From the human T2T-CHM13v2.0 reference genome, Homo sapiens, in assembly GCF_009914755.1 (NCBI RefSeq), contig NC_060941.1: a DNA stretch of 64,000 nt; one strand, given 5' to 3'. The notes under the pieces are model-generated. The model did not search any database. It had not been told where the DNA came from and worked only from the letters and a program-made list of their open reading frames with translations. How positions within the stretch are numbered: the stretch's first letter is position 1; each line of letters opens with the position of its first letter. This document shows, one piece after another, positions 11,638 through 38,909 of this stretch. The position numbers and the translations under genes were made by a program.

Positions 11638-11919
11638 CTATATTTTACACTGGGGGTGCAAACCAAAGCTGCAAAGGTCCCACGATTTGCCAAGGTGGCA
11701 CGGCAGGTTAGGGCTGGGAGCAGCGTTCTCCCATCGTGTTCCCAGAGAAGCTGTCTGCCCAGTTCAGAAAGGTGGCCCGAGGGTATATGGCAAGGCCCGT
11801 CAATTCACCCAGCTGGGTACCGGCTGCCTCCACCCCTGCACTCTGCTGTGGGCAGAGTGTGACCAGGCCTGGGGGGTGCGGGGGACAGAGACTGGGCTCC
11901 TGAGGAGTGGGGGTGGGAT

Positions 11920-12072
11920 ATGAACCCCCCCCAGTCACCATCCTGCTGGTCGCAGAGCACTGCGTCCGTGTGATGAACCCCCACCCCAGTCACCGTCCTG
12001 TCGGTTGCAGAGCACTGCGTCCGTGTGATGAACCACCCCCAGTCACCCTCCTGCCGGTCGCAGAGCATTGTG
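11920..12072. repeat. Tandem repeat, 53-55 bp x3
   Basis: TGAACC..CCAGTCACC.TCCTG..GGT.GCAGAGCA.TG at 11921, 11974, 12029. Confidence 0.9.
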
Positions 12073-12645
12073 TTCTTGTGGAGGACACGCGAGGACTCTT
12101 GGAAGTGCTTTTTGGCGGGGTAGTGCAGTGTGTTCCGAGCGGACGGGCGTCAGTTTACGTGTGCGTTTCTCATCCTTGCAGATACCTGGCCCCGGGCACT
12201 CAGGTGGCAGGGACATTTTGCTGTTATCCTTCGTGGGGGTGGACGTGGAAGGCCCAGCAGTGACCGCTGTCCCCGGTTGGCCCCCACCCTGTCAGCACCT
12301 GACATGCACATCCCAACCTGCATGAGGCCCAGGTGCCCACCTGGCTTCCAGGGGTCACCTTGGCCCGGTTCACTGGGATCCAAGGCTCTCACTCCTTCTG
12401 GGAGGGCCCCTCCCATGGTACTCTCAGGAGACGCCTGCTTTGTGGGTGGGCTTTCTGATCTGCCCCCTACCTGCTACCAGGCTCTGAGGAAGGCCACACT
12501 GTCCCCAACACCACTGGTGTGCAGATGGCTGTGGGTGGTGACACGGGCAGGCCAGGCTCTGGCACAGGCACTTGATACTGCATTTCCCAAGTAGGACAGA
12601 TAAACAACGCTACGGCCAAGCAGACGCCCCAGGGAGGAACCTGGT

Positions 12646-12651
12646 TTTAAT
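12646..12651 (-). terminator. CCDC57 polyadenylation signal (ATTAAA)
   Basis: Hexamer about 190 nt after the stop codon, followed by GT/T-rich sequence. Confidence 0.7.
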
Positions 12652-12838
12652 GGGCCCTGTGCTCAGGGAGGCCTTCAGTCAGCAGGGTCGCCTCAGCAGC
12701 ATTTGGGAGCCTGCCCTGCAGCTCCCTGCCTCCACCCTGCACGCTGTGCCCACACCCCCCCACAACATGTAGGTGAAAGCACAGGCACCATGCGGAGGCC
12801 CCGAGCACCCCTTAGTGGGGCGGGGTGGGGGGAGGAAG

Positions 12839-13023
12839 TCAGTCCATAATGTTGTAGTTACGGATCTTGGGGGGCCCCTGGCAGCCTTTAGCTTTTGCAG
12901 GATGAGACCGGGAGGCTCCTGTGGTCTTGGCCTTTGCCTGGGCTGCTGTCTTCATCCCTGGGGTGGCAATACCTGCCTGCATCTTGACGGGCCTCCTGTC
13001 GGCTGCTGGAGGAGCTGGGAGCT
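12839..13023 (-). CDS. CCDC57: CCDC57 last exon, coding part (TGA at 12841-12839)
   Basis: Polypyrimidine tract plus ACAG acceptor; (E)LPAPPAADRRPVKMQAG...PPKIRNYNIMD*. Confidence 0.92.
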
Positions 13024-13314
13024 CTGTCAGGTAAAGAGAAAAAAACAGCATGCATCAGGATGGCAGGGGGAGCAGGAGGCTGTGCTCACAGGCACTGCAC
13101 AGGTGCAGCACTTCCGTGTTCCCGGCCAGCGGGGGCCCTGTGACCCTTGGCCTGGCTTTCCTCCAGGAGTCTGTGAAGGCCAAAGGATCCTGGAGTGACC
13201 AGAGAGCTGTGGCCTCGCCTTGCTCAGTGGGTCCTGCTTGGCAGGGACTGGGCCTGCCCCTCCACTGGGCACCTGGACATGTGGCTCTGAAAATGGTCCT
13301 GTTGTGACCATTTC

Positions 13315-13392
13315 GTAATGGGTCCCAGGAGGGGGCAGGGGTGCTGTGTGGTAATGGGTCCCAGGAGGGGGCAGGGGTGCTGGGGTAAATGG
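13315..13392. repeat. 36-bp G-rich tandem duplication
   Basis: GTAATGGGTCCCAGGAGGGGGCAGGGGTGCTG at 13315 and 13351. Confidence 0.9.
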
Positions 13393-13756
13393 TTGACTCA
13401 AAGCTCCTCCCCCCAGGCTGCCCCGGGTGTCCCTACCATCTGAGACACATTGCCTGCCCCGCCTCCCCGATGGGCCAGCAGTGCCAGGCTTTTGAGGCCA
13501 AAGGAAAGGCCGTGCTGGTGGGCACCACGTGGCCAGGCACAGGCCAAGGGCCCAGGAGTGCGCTACACACAGAGGCTGGGGCCTAAATGCCAGATAGCCC
13601 TTCCTAAACATCGGCTAAAACCATCTTCGCAGAGGGGTGTTGTAGGTGATCTTCTTTATCTGGCCAGTTTTTCTCTATTTTTCATTTTTTCAATTAAGAA
13701 TGTGGGGGTTTTTTTTGGTAAAACAACAGCAAAATGTTACTAAAAATCCATGCAAG

Positions 13757-14064
<308 letters not shown>

Positions 14065-15565
14065 CCCCACAGTAAGATGTGAGCTCAGCGTCCACTGCGT
14101 GGCCACACCGTGGCTGGGGTGAGGTCTAGAGGACTCCAGCACGTGGCTGAATGTGGCCCAGTGGGCAGTCTGGACAGGCTGACCCAGGCAGGTCAGCGGG
14201 CGGCCAACGCCTCCTGCTGGAGCCCAGCCTGTGTGGTCTGCGTGCAGCCTGGGTGACTGGGAAGCGTCTGTGCTTTGGGGACACCGGCAATGACGCACTC
14301 TCAGCTGGGCTGCGCAGTGCCCATGGGGGCAGCCACACACTCCCAGCCCTGGCCCTGGGCCCCTCTTCCCATCTCAGCTTCTTCCACTCCGATCCACTCT
14401 TGGGGTCTCAAGACACCCGGAACCAGTCTTCCTTTTCCTGCAGCCCCGTTGGGGTCACACAGTCACACAGTCCCTGGCCCCCTGCTGGGGTCCTGGGGGG
14501 CCCTGGACGCTGCCTGCTCCCTTTGTTTCCAACCCCCAGAGGAATTCCTCCTCTTCACACAAAGGCTACCACCCTTTATCTCTCAACAATAAGCCTGCCT
14601 GACCTCCTGGTCCCGGCCAACGCCCCCATCCCCACTCCCTCCCCCCACCCCCCACACTGGCTGGCAGAGGGTGGGGTATCCCGTGGAAAGGGCTTCCTGC
14701 GGGGAAGCTGGTCCTCTGACCAGGCCCTAGTGCTCCACTGTGACCCTGAGGCATCTCCTCAAACCCAGAGGCCTTGGTTGTCCCTCTCTAATGCTCAGGG
14801 ATTCTGGGGGCTTTGCCCGGCTTGATCCTCCTGAGACAAAGCCTGCGGGGATTTTCAGAAAAAGTGAGCGGAGGGAGGGGGGTGAAGGGCCTGCCCCTTT
14901 GCCTGGGAGGCCTGAGCTGGCCCTGCTGGGAGGACCCTGGCTGTATCCCGGGGCGAAGCAGGGAGGTGTGAGTGGGTCACAGTCCCCGGGGCAGGGAGGG
15001 GCAGGGAGGGGCAGGGAGGGTGAGCTGGCCCCCTCCCCAGGGCAGGCCGGCCCCTAGCTCAGAATATCCACTTTACAGGCTCTGGTTTCTTCACTGGTCC
15101 TTTTCCTGCGGAGCCCTCCTCAGTGATGGTGGCAGGGAACTGGCCATGAGCCCAGGACCCCAGGGCAGCGGACAGCCCCAGCCCAGCCAGTCCTAGGTCA
15201 GAGGCACGGAGCTGGATGTGTCAAGGCGGCTGCCCCAGGCGTGACTCCCTGTGACCCCGGATTCTTCTACCTGATGCTAATCTGAGGTCAACCCAGTAAC
15301 TGGTGTGTAAAAACGCTCTTGGCCTCCACCACTCTCTGCCCCGCCTTCTCGCCTGACCTGTTTTGCCGAGCCTGGCCGGGATTTCTCTTTCTGCGTTGGG
15401 CTGACTGGGCCGCAGGGAAACCATGTGGACACACAGTTTGCCGGGCACAGCGTGAGGAACGCGCCTCTTGGGTCCTGCACCCCTCCCCCACGGGCTGCTT
15501 GTGCTCTGGCCCCGAACTGAGCTTCTGGAAAGTTCCTGAAACATCCAAGGCCTTGCAGTGATTAA

Positions 15566-16001
<436 letters not shown>

Positions 16002-19000
16002 TTGGAGGTTTGAAGCTGGTGGAATCTCAGGGAGGACATAGCCTGTCCTATTGCAGGGAAGGTGCGGCCCTCACTCCCGTCTCAGCCTGGGGGCATGAGA
16101 ACTCTGAGCACAAAGAGGACGGAGCTGGTCCCCAGCTTTCTGGCCACCCTGTGAGTTTCTTCTCCTGCACCTGAGCCTCAGCTCAGCTCTTGACCAAGTT
16201 GGCCTCTGGTGGCTCATTCTCCAGGCTGCTCCGGGCTCTCTGGGTGCCCCTGGGCACACCTACGTGGCTTCCTAGGGCTTTGGGAAGGGCCGGACGGTGA
16301 GCCCACGCCTTCCCTGGTTCTCCAGAGCCTGCCTTGGGGCTGGGGAGGGCCTGGCCCTGATGGCAGCTCAGGCCTCAAGTCCATTCTGTGGCACAGAGGC
16401 CCTTCCGTCTCCCTGTGGCCTCCGCTGCTCTGTGTGGTTCACCCCTGCTGTGTCAAGGGCCCTTGTTCTGCTGAACCCCCTCTGGCTGCCACAGGGGTCC
16501 TCACGCACCCAAGATCAACCCTTCTCAAATGCATCTAGTTATTTCCAAGTCTCTTGGGAACAAGGCTTTTCCCACCACTGTCAGCACGGCACCCAGGCCT
16601 TTAGTGCAGACGGTGACAGTGAATGTGACTTGACTCCCCCCACCCCGAATCTCCAGAAGCTGCGTGCACCTTTCCAGGGTCCCCACGCCTGGGAGGCTCA
16701 CAGGCCACGCCCACCCGTGTCTCCCCAGCCTGCGTCAACCCTCACCTGCTAAAGTCTCCTAATGGACACCCCCACCCCTGAGCTCCTGGAGCTCAGCCCT
16801 GGGGGGTCACCGTGGCCCCGGGGCTGCCTTTGTGGGACTGAGTGTGACAACAGGAGAGCAATGGGGTACAGGGGGAGGGAGGCCCACGTGATCTGGTTCC
16901 CACGGTCCCTCCACAGGGGGACACTCCGGGCCTGCTATGTCCAGCTGCCTTCCCCACCTCACTGGCACATGGAGCCTGGAGCCCCCACTGGGCAGATGCA
17001 CAAGAGGGGAGGGTACTGGACATTGCATGCTCCAGGGCTCTGGGCAGTCCTGCCACCCATCACTCAGCCTGGTGAGGCAGGGCCAGCAGGAAACCCCAGA
17101 TCCTTCAGGCCCCGCCTGCTGGCCTTTGGAGCAGAGGAGAGGTGGGCCCTCGGGGGCCTGGGCGCCGACCACAGGCTGACCCCTTGTTTCATGCCAGCAC
17201 CTCCTCTGGGCGCCTGTGGCTACTCCCCCAACGGCACTGGCAGGTCCCCTGCTGCTGCTGAGCCTGCCCAGGCCTGTCTGCTACAGCCTGTCAGTGTTGC
17301 CCAATGTGGGCCCCATCCCAGCCCTTGAGAGGAGTCACCTAGTAGTGGGGTGCAAGCTGGAGCCCCAAGGAAGGGAATTCAAGGGAAACACATCGTGGGC
17401 ATAAGGCTTTGAGAGACGTGGGTCTGTCCCTACCGGAGGCTGCATCACGGAAGGCGGGCACACAGGCCTCACTTGGGCGAGAAGAGACCCAGAGACGCAT
17501 GGCCTTCCTCCTGGGCCGGCTCCCGACCAGAGCCCATCTGAGCTCAGCCCACAGGAAGGGGAGGTGCCAAGAACCCCAAGCACAGGTGGCTGCAGGCTGG
17601 TGGGTGCCGAGGAGGCCACTAGGAGGCTGAGACGGTGAGAGCCAGGGCCAGGCAGTGGCCTGAGAGCTGGACAGCCTCTGGGTATCTCCACACCCCACCC
17701 TTCTCCTGCCTTTCAGAAGAGTAAACGCAGGAGAACGCCCTGAGGCCCCGGAAGGAAAGTGACAGGCAGCGGCTGAGCTGGGGCGACAGGAAGTGGCAGC
17801 TGTCTCCGCTGTTTCGGAGGCATGGGAACTGTTTCCTGGTCCTAAAGTGAGGAATGCTGGCCTCATGCCCCTTGGGCCAGGACTCTGCACTGAGTGCTGA
17901 GTGCCTGGGCTGGTGTTTAGACGACTCGTGGTCTCTGTTGGCACTGTCTGGGGACAGCAAAAAGCAGCAGGGGCCAGTGTGCAGGGGAGATTCTGGGTAA
18001 AATTCATGAAAAGGGAACTTTCAAAAGGGGCCCATGGGGCCTTCCCAGGTCTGCCAGGCCAGCTTACAGCTCCAGGTGGGCACCCTAGCATCTCAGGGCC
18101 ATAGACCAGCAGGTCACCGCCATGTCCCCGGGGAACAGCACTGCCTGCCACTCACTTTGCCTGAGACCCGTGTCTCAGGGCTGCTCCCTGCATGTCTTGG
18201 CAGGAGGGCGGACAGCTGGGAAGGAGGCCACACGCTCCTCCAGGGAGCCTGGCTCTGCAGGAGCTACGCCAGCCACACACTTATCAGCTGCCCGACCTGC
18301 TCAGGACACTGAGGGCCACATGCCTGGCCAAAGGCCTCTCCCCACTCCCTCTTCTCCCCTGGAGACCAGGCCCCTGGAGTTGCTCTCCAGAGATCTGGGC
18401 AATGACCCTCTGGATCCCAGGGTTTTTGGTTCCCCTGGGAAAAGAGGCAAAGGCCCACACACCTGCAGCAGGTTGGGGGTGGGGGGATGCATGGCACAGT
18501 GGCTTGGCACCCGGGTGGGGCACAGATGCCGCGGGAGTGGGGAGTGGGGAGTGGGGAGTGGCTGCCTCGAACCCTGCTGTGTGGCTTGTCACCCTCCATG
18601 GCGTCTCTGCGCCTCCGTTTGACTCCAGCTGCACGGCACACGGGGCGAGGTTAGCATCAGGGGCCAAAGCGGACCCCCGCCAGAAAGGAGGAAGAGGCCC
18701 CCAGGTAGGTGCGTGCTTCTGGACCTGGCGCTCGGCACACTGTGAGGATGGGCGGATGGAGTTGGTCTGCAGGTTCCAGAATGAATGGGGCCCTGTTGTG
18801 ACAGGAGAAGGAGGGCAGCCTGGGTTGAAGAAACACCCCCTGCTGTCCAACAGCTGCACTGCCCGCTCCCCTGGCAACACCTGCCACGTGGACTGGAGAA
18901 GACACATTAGCCCTTGGGCTGGAAGTCGTGGACCGGCGTCCACCTGAGATGGGACTCTGGGAGGGAACAGCCGCCGGCCCTCCTGCCTCAGCTGCTCTCA

Positions 19001-20746
19001 GCATCCTACAGTGCCATCGGGTGCTCTCAGGACAGATGCCTACAGAACAGGCTTTTCTAAAGAAAGGGGGTGGGCTCCAGGGCCCAGAGTCACGGCACGG
19101 ACGAGGGGGCTTTGGATCACTCTGCACACACCTCAGGATGGAAGTCCTGGTCAGCAAATGCATGAGCATTTCTGGTGGACCCACCTGCTCCTGGGGCAGG
19201 CTGGTCTCTATCCCCATTCCCAATCCCACGTGCCTCCTTGCCTCTGTCCACGTGATGTTGGAGCAGCAAGCCTTCTCCAAGCTCAGAGTCAGAGGCCACA
19301 GGCCACTGTCCCCTTGGCCAGGCCGCAGTCCTTGACTCTGGAGCACTCGGAGAGCAAGTGGCAGAGACGAGTGACCTGCGGCCGCTCTGGCGCTCTGCCT
19401 CCTAGTGAGATGAGTGTCATGGCTTGCCCGGGTCCTGGAGTTGTGCTGAGAGAGCACCTGACCTGTGATCCCACCCCTGAAAACGGGCTCCTCTGTGGAC
19501 AGCCGGGCTGTTCTTGCTCCTCGAAGGAGTCCCCCAGCCCCTCAGGAAAGAGGTTCGGCCCTGGTCACAGACTGGGCATAAAATCTGCATATTTATAGCA
19601 GGGTCCGCCGAAAGCCTAAAACAACAGTGAGTTTCAGGGCAGGATCTCTCTTGCTTGTGTTGCATTGGTGTCATGTTATCGCTGGCTCTGAGTTTTAAAG
19701 GGAAATACACAGGGTAGTGCATGTGACGGTGTCCAAGACGCACAGCAGATTTTCATTCACAAAAAAATCTGACCACAAGAGCTAAACGGAAATACCTTCC
19801 GCTGTCCTTCCCAAGTCACAGAGCAAACACCTCAGTTCCCAGGGGTCCGCATCAGTTCTGGTGGAGGCGGTGACTGTGAGCGTGACCAGCTGGGCTAATT
19901 CGTCCTGACATTTAGTTGGGACAGCTATAGTTTCCTACCTCTATGACCAGAGAGTGAAGCGTTTCACTGAAGAACTGTGGCCGGCGTCTCCAGGAAAGGA
20001 AGGAGCCTTACTTTCTCCAGGGCAGGGGCAGCGTGGGGCGGGGCAGGCCGGGTGTGTCTGTGGGGAGTGGGCGCGTGCTCACACTCTTTAAGCTGCGACT
20101 GCTTCCTTTAGGACAGAATGAAGTTCTTCGAGGAGGCCGATGAAGACAGAATATGGATAAGGCCAAACCTACACAAAATCCTTCTACATCTTCATATCAA
20201 AACATGTTAAACATAAACCTCCAAATACCTACAGGGATACAAGCACAGGGCTTCCTAAACAGGCGGGATATGCAGCCTCGTTCTATCCCAGGCCCACACA
20301 GAAAGTGTTGGGGGAGTCACTGAAGGAAGGAGGAGAAAGAGCTCAGAAGAAGCCATAAGAGAGCAAGACATGGACAGGAAACCAAGTGGCCCCAGCGCCC
20401 CGCAGGAGAGCTCAGACTCCAGGGCTGGGGTGGCGCAGAGCGGGGCGTGTGGAGCGCATGCCTGCGAGGGGCCTACGAGGCGGCTGCGAGGCATAAGGTT
20501 CTGTGAGCCCGGTGTGAGCTGGCAGATGTTACCACAGGACAAAATTAGAATGTGTAACTTGTAAAACAGCAGAGAAAAACTTGATTTCTCCCGTGTAAAA
20601 CAAGAATGTAGGAAAATGAAACAAATGGAAAATAAATAATATGGAGATTAAGTTCCAGTAGACAATAGTTCAATGGATATTTATAGATGAGTAAACTGAC
20701 TAATGAAAAAGAATTCTTAGATTGAACTTTTTAAAAATAAAGATCC

Positions 20747-23442
<2,696 letters not shown>

Positions 23443-24819
23443 TTGGATTTCTGTAGCTGCAGTTTCTCAGGCAGGTTCTAGACGAGCCTTCACTGCAGAC
23501 AGCATCAGCCCTGTTCCCACGGTGTGGCTCCTCCTGAGTCTCCACTGAATGTCCACAGTGATCACTGGGGACCCATCCCCCTGGCTGGAGCTTCAGTATG
23601 TCATGACCGTGTGCGAGGTCTGGAAGTTGTTCACCTTACATGCTCCTTTCTCCTCTTTGCCTGGCTTTGTGGAGTTTTCTTCTATACATGTACAGGCTGG
23701 TCCTCAGTACAGACTCAAGAGAACCCTGTGCAGATTTCTGGAGCTCTTTTCTGCAGTTTCCTCCTTGCGGGATTCTGCCCTGAAATGCCGGCTCCTTCTG
23801 TGTCCCCAGACCCTAGTGCAGTCTCAGCTCCGTAAGGGTGCTCAGCTTTGCTCAGGCCCTGCTTCCCTCCCTGCGCCGGCAGCCCAGAAACGGCCTTCAG
23901 GCAGAAGGCCAGGGCCCCAGGGTTCACCTTGCCTGTCTCCCTTCCAACAAGGGTGGCGGTCTTGTCCGGGATCTCGGACTCGTCCAGGGTCTCGGTCTTG
24001 TTGGGGATCTCGGTCTTGTTTGACCAGTTGTCCAATGTCTGCAAACAGTTGTTTCATATACTTTGTCCAGTTTTCTAGTTGTTCATGGAGGAACATTAAA
24101 GTCTGGTCCTTGTAACTACGGCCTGGCCAGAAGCAGAAGTGAGTGCCAGCCGTTGTGTGGTCATAGAATAAATATTATCAGAAAGTAAGCCGATTTGGTT
24201 ATTTGTTAATGTATTTACTTTGTTCTAAAAGTTATTTCAACACAAGTTACTTTCCTAAGTGGCAGTCATGGTTTCGTCACTACAATTTCAAGAAAAGAGC
24301 TAACAGACATCTACTTGACCATCTGTTTCTCAGAAAGTTCCGAGACTGCCCTGTCCTTTCAGAAGCCACAGGTCATGATAATCAGTGAAGGCGGGGGGCT
24401 GGGGTTGTCCGTGCCATTCAGGGCACCCCAGTGCTCCCTTCTTGGCCAGAGCACTGGTTCTTGGATTCCTGTAGCTTCAGTGACAAGGTGCTGTGGGGCT
24501 GTGCATCCAGCCTCATAAAATGTCACCAGCGTGACCCGCTCTCTCAGTCACAGCTTGTCCTGAGAGCAGCAATGGGACTAGAACGACAGGAGCAGGTAGT
24601 GAGAAACAAGAGAGCAGGGTCCTCTCCTTCCTGGACAGCAGGACTGTCCTGATCCCACTGCAAGGCTGCTGTGATGGTGACCAGTGAGGCCCGCGCTGCA
24701 TGTTTTTGCACACTGAGGAGCTGCCTCCATTCATTCCCCCTCACATTCCTGGAGCCCACGTGCTCCTTACCAAGCTCGCCTCCTGGTTCATGTTTGGGTG
24801 AAGGGCTCCACTCCACGCC

Positions 24820-28846
<4,027 letters not shown>

Positions 28847-29480
28847 TGGACTAGAAAAAAAAAGGCAAATTAAAACCAATAATGAAGTATCAGTTTTGAC
28901 TTATCAGATTGGCCAACAAACAAACAAACAAACAAACAAACAAACCATTTGCTAAATCCACCAATACTGAGTGAGGAAAGGTGCCTCACGCCTGCAACCA
29001 GGGGCAGGGGGCCAACGTCCTGGGGGCAATTGGGTAACAGCACTCAGAACTCAAACTGACCCTACCTTTGACCAGCTATTTCCCTTCTGATCTAACAGCA
29101 GCCTCTGTGAGCACGCAGGGCACACGCACAGGAGGTTCACTCTCTTAAGAGCTAAAAACGACAGGCCGTCCAAGTGTCCACAAACATCAGACACCAAAAC
29201 AAAGGGAGGTGAGCCGATGCGGCGGCTCACAAAACTACCAGAAAGATCTGTCGGCTCTGTGTGTACTGACATAAAAAATACTGCAGACATAAATAAAAAA
29301 GCAAGCTGCCCCCACGATATGCAATTGACAAGAAAAGAGGATATACACATATACTTAAAAAACCACTTCTGTTCTGAGGGTGGCTGGGGAGTCTGGAGGG
29401 GTGCAGGGGGACTGGGCAGTTGTGGCCTGGTGGGTAGGGACTGGGAGGGAGTAAGAGAAGAGGGAGAAGGAACACAGTCC

Positions 29481-29587
29481 ACTGAAACCCAGTGTGGTGT
29501 TATCCATTAGCGCAGGACTGAAACCCGATGTGGGTGTTATCCATTAGCGCAGGACTGAAACCTGATGTGTTATTCATTAGCGCAGGA
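29481..29587. repeat. 36-37 bp tandem repeat x3
   Basis: ACTGAAACC..TGTTAT.CATTAGCGCAGG at 29481, 29517, 29554. Confidence 0.9.
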
Positions 29588-30597
29588 TGCCCCACGCATC
29601 CGGAGATGGGGTTTGGAACATCCTTTGCCCCAGCGAGGTGCGAGGTGCTCCGGAACTTGCGGGGCTTAGCTGCCCACACACGTGGGACAGACTGTTGGGT
29701 GGCTGGTCCCTGTACCGGCTCCTGAAAGGACATTTGGGCACTTGATACACACCCATAAGGTGCACTCTAGGGAGGTGGAGGCAGGCCTGCTGCAGGGGGT
29801 CGGCTTCAGAAGCAGGTACTTCTTTGGGGTGAGGTCAGACATCTGCCTGGGTGCTTCTCTGGAACTGCCTTAGGGAGAGCTTCCGTCCGCACTGGGTGCC
29901 ACTCAGTCTGCCGCGCTTTTTATGTACGCTGACTTTTGTTGTGCTGCTGAAGAATATCTTTCCAGTTTGATGATTTTTCAGGTAAAAACACTACCTTAGA
30001 AATCTGTGATTTCTTCACCCGTATCTAAGGTTAACCCTCTTCCGGCCATTTGTAAATACTCCATTCTACTTCTGCGTATTTTCGTGGTTTGCCTTGGAGT
30101 CCCTCCCTCGGCCTGGAATGCCTGGTAGTGTGTGGTCCCCGTGAGAGGAAGCGGAGATCAGAGTGAGCTGTGTTCCCACCCTGCCAATTGTTGAATGGTT
30201 CTTTCTTTCCTTGGCTCCTGGAGAACAACTACATTCTTATCTACCAGGCTCCACTGAGCGGGCGGGAGGTGGGGGTGGGGGTGGGGGTGGGAGTGAGGGC
30301 AGGGGTGGGGGTGGGGGTGGTGAGAAATTATGTCGTATTTTGATTAGAATGACACTACAGATTACTTTACTTTGGAGAAAACTGCTGCCTTTGTATATTT
30401 AATGCTTCCATCCAGGAAGTGTCATTTTTTTAAGCCTCAAACATTTTTTTGGATAATGCTTGGTAGTTTCTCTAGCATTATCTGAGACTAACATCTTCTG
30501 AGACTCCTGGGTTTTGTAGACTCGGGGCCTCCCATGCTCCCATCCCTCCCAGTTATCTCCCTGTACGTGGAGCAGACAGGAATCAAGGATCATGCCC

Positions 30598-30893
30598 CTG
30601 CACCTGTGGGTGCCCCCCCACCCCTGTGCACCTACGGGTACCCCACCTGCAGACCATGCCCCTGCCCTCCGAGACATTCTGAAGCAGACCGATAGAATCA
30701 AGTTTAGGAAGAAAAATGGCATGGCCTGGGGCTGGTGCAGGAAGGAAGGAAGCTGGATGGGGGACAGGTCTCTTGGGCAGCCTTTGGAGGAGGCAGGTGC
30801 TGGGCAAACAAGGAGGGTGCCTGCAGGTGCTGCAAGGTCTGCAGGTGGGGTACCCACAGGTGCACAGGGGTTGGGGGGCACCCACAGGTGCAG
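30598..30893. repeat. Inverted repeat, 58-bp arms with 180-bp spacer
   Basis: 30598-30655 is the reverse complement of 30836-30893 at 55/58 positions. Confidence 0.92.
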
Positions 30894-31351
30894 ACAGGCT
30901 GGAGCTGGAGTGCAGGTAGCTGGGGGAAGAAGGGAGGGAGATGAGGCTGGACGTGCTGGGCCCCAGCAGTCTGTGTGGGAGACCTATCTATCTGAGGCTG
31001 TCATAAAAACGCAGGTGAGAGAGGAGGCTAGGCTTGGAGGTGGGTCCTCCAAAGAGCCGCATCCAGGGTGTATGGGGGAGCCCCGACTCCAGCCAGCTGT
31101 TCCAGCCTCAGAGGTTGGCCGTGCCCTGGGACGGGGTGACTGCTGGGTCTGGACAGGTTGGCAAAGCAGGGCTGAGGACATGAGCAGGAGGGTGGTTCGG
31201 GGCCTATCCCAGGTCCAAGAGGAGTATGGCTGTTCAACACAGCTGTGTGACGTCGTGACTAAACACCATATCCTACAATAGTCGTTCATGTCATTAATTT
31301 AGATGCCACTAAATTGTTAACTATTTCAGTATCATTTCATTATTATTATTA

Positions 31352-37555
<6,204 letters not shown>

Positions 37556-38489
37556 AGACAAGATAAAAAACAAGGACATTAAATTACATAAAAATAAAAA
37601 ATATGGACATAAAAAAACACCATAATAAACATTTAAAAACATGAAGAACTGGGAGAAAACATTTAAATTGTTGTCACCGAAAAGGCCTAATTTCTATCAC
37701 ATATAATGAGCTGCTACAAATCAATAAGAAAGACCACAATCTAATATACAAATGGGCAGGTAACTGAAGAACAGGGAAAGGAAGTGGCTCCTAAACACAC
37801 ACGAAGATGCACGACCTCCCAGCAGAGGCGCTGATGCCAATCCCGCTGCCACCGGCAAAAGTTCCGTGTGGCTACAGGACTCTCAGACACTGCTGCTGGG
37901 AGCAGCCTCTGGGTGGGCGGCGGAGGCTGAGGCGATGCTGTCCACCACACGTGGCACGCGGGCAGCCTTGACTATGCAAGCCCCTGGGGCACGTACACGT
38001 GTGTTTTCACACACACTGCAGCCTGTAAGGTTACTATTCTAACAGTATCTGTGACGGTAAAGGACTGGAAATAGCCTAAAATGCGCATGAAGGAGAGAAT
38101 GATTAAATGAATGAGGCACACCCTCATGACGGAAGACAGAAGCTGTAAGGTAAGAAGGGGACGCCCTCCATGCAGGCACACAGGAAGGACGCACGCTCCT
38201 GCCCCAACCACATCACACGTCCTGCAACTCCAGCTGCCTCGAAGCAGCATCTGTTTCCCTCCCCCCTTCTCGCTACATCACAGACCCATGCAGTCCTCAC
38301 AAGGTGCACCCTTCAAACAGACTTTTCTGAAAACTTCCTGAGACCAGTAGCAGGAGCTGGCACTGTGACCTGCTGAGTTTACCAGGCCTATGACTTAGGT
38401 GCAGAGAAGAGTCTCAGGGCGGCAACGTCCGCGCAGCAAAGCAGGACGAGGATGAGGATGCGGCTGACACTTGTCTGGCCCGTGAGGCT

Positions 38490-38681
38490 GAGCATCACTG
38501 GGGTCGGCCTGGCTCTTCCCCGCGAGCATCGCTGGGGTCGACCTGGCTCTTCCCCAGGAGCAGGGCCGTCTAAAGTGCACCAATGCCCGCGCGTCTCACC
38601 TGAGCTCCATTCTAAGTCAGCCTGTGCCCGGGTGTATGGTGCTGCATTCTAAGTCAGTGTGCGCCCGAGTGTACGGTGCTG
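38490..38681. repeat. Two adjacent tandem duplications (34 bp x2 from 38490; 37 bp x2 from 38608)
   Basis: GAGCATC.CTGGGGTCG.CCTGGCTCTTCCC x2; CATTCTAAGTCAG..GTGTA.GGTGCTG x2. Confidence 0.85.
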
Positions 38682-38909
38682 CGCTAGGAAATGGCATGGT
38701 TTCTGCCCTTCAGGGCTTTGCACCATAACCCGGGAAACACTCAGGTGCCAAATGAGAGGTAAAGAGACTCCATGCATTACTCAACCAAAGTGCAGGGATT
38801 TCAGGGTGCAGGAGGCACGCAGGGTGCTGACTCTCCACATGCCCCTCGGAGAGGGTGGCCCTCGCCAGCTGCCAGCTGTGGGCAGCTCCTGGGGAGGGCA
38901 GTCTCCTAC

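Noticed and set aside
16600-16920. Possible ChREBP ChoRE about 7 kb upstream of FASN
   Set aside because: Only isolated half-sites (CACGCC, CACGTG); I could not find a convincing pair of E-boxes spaced by 5 nt
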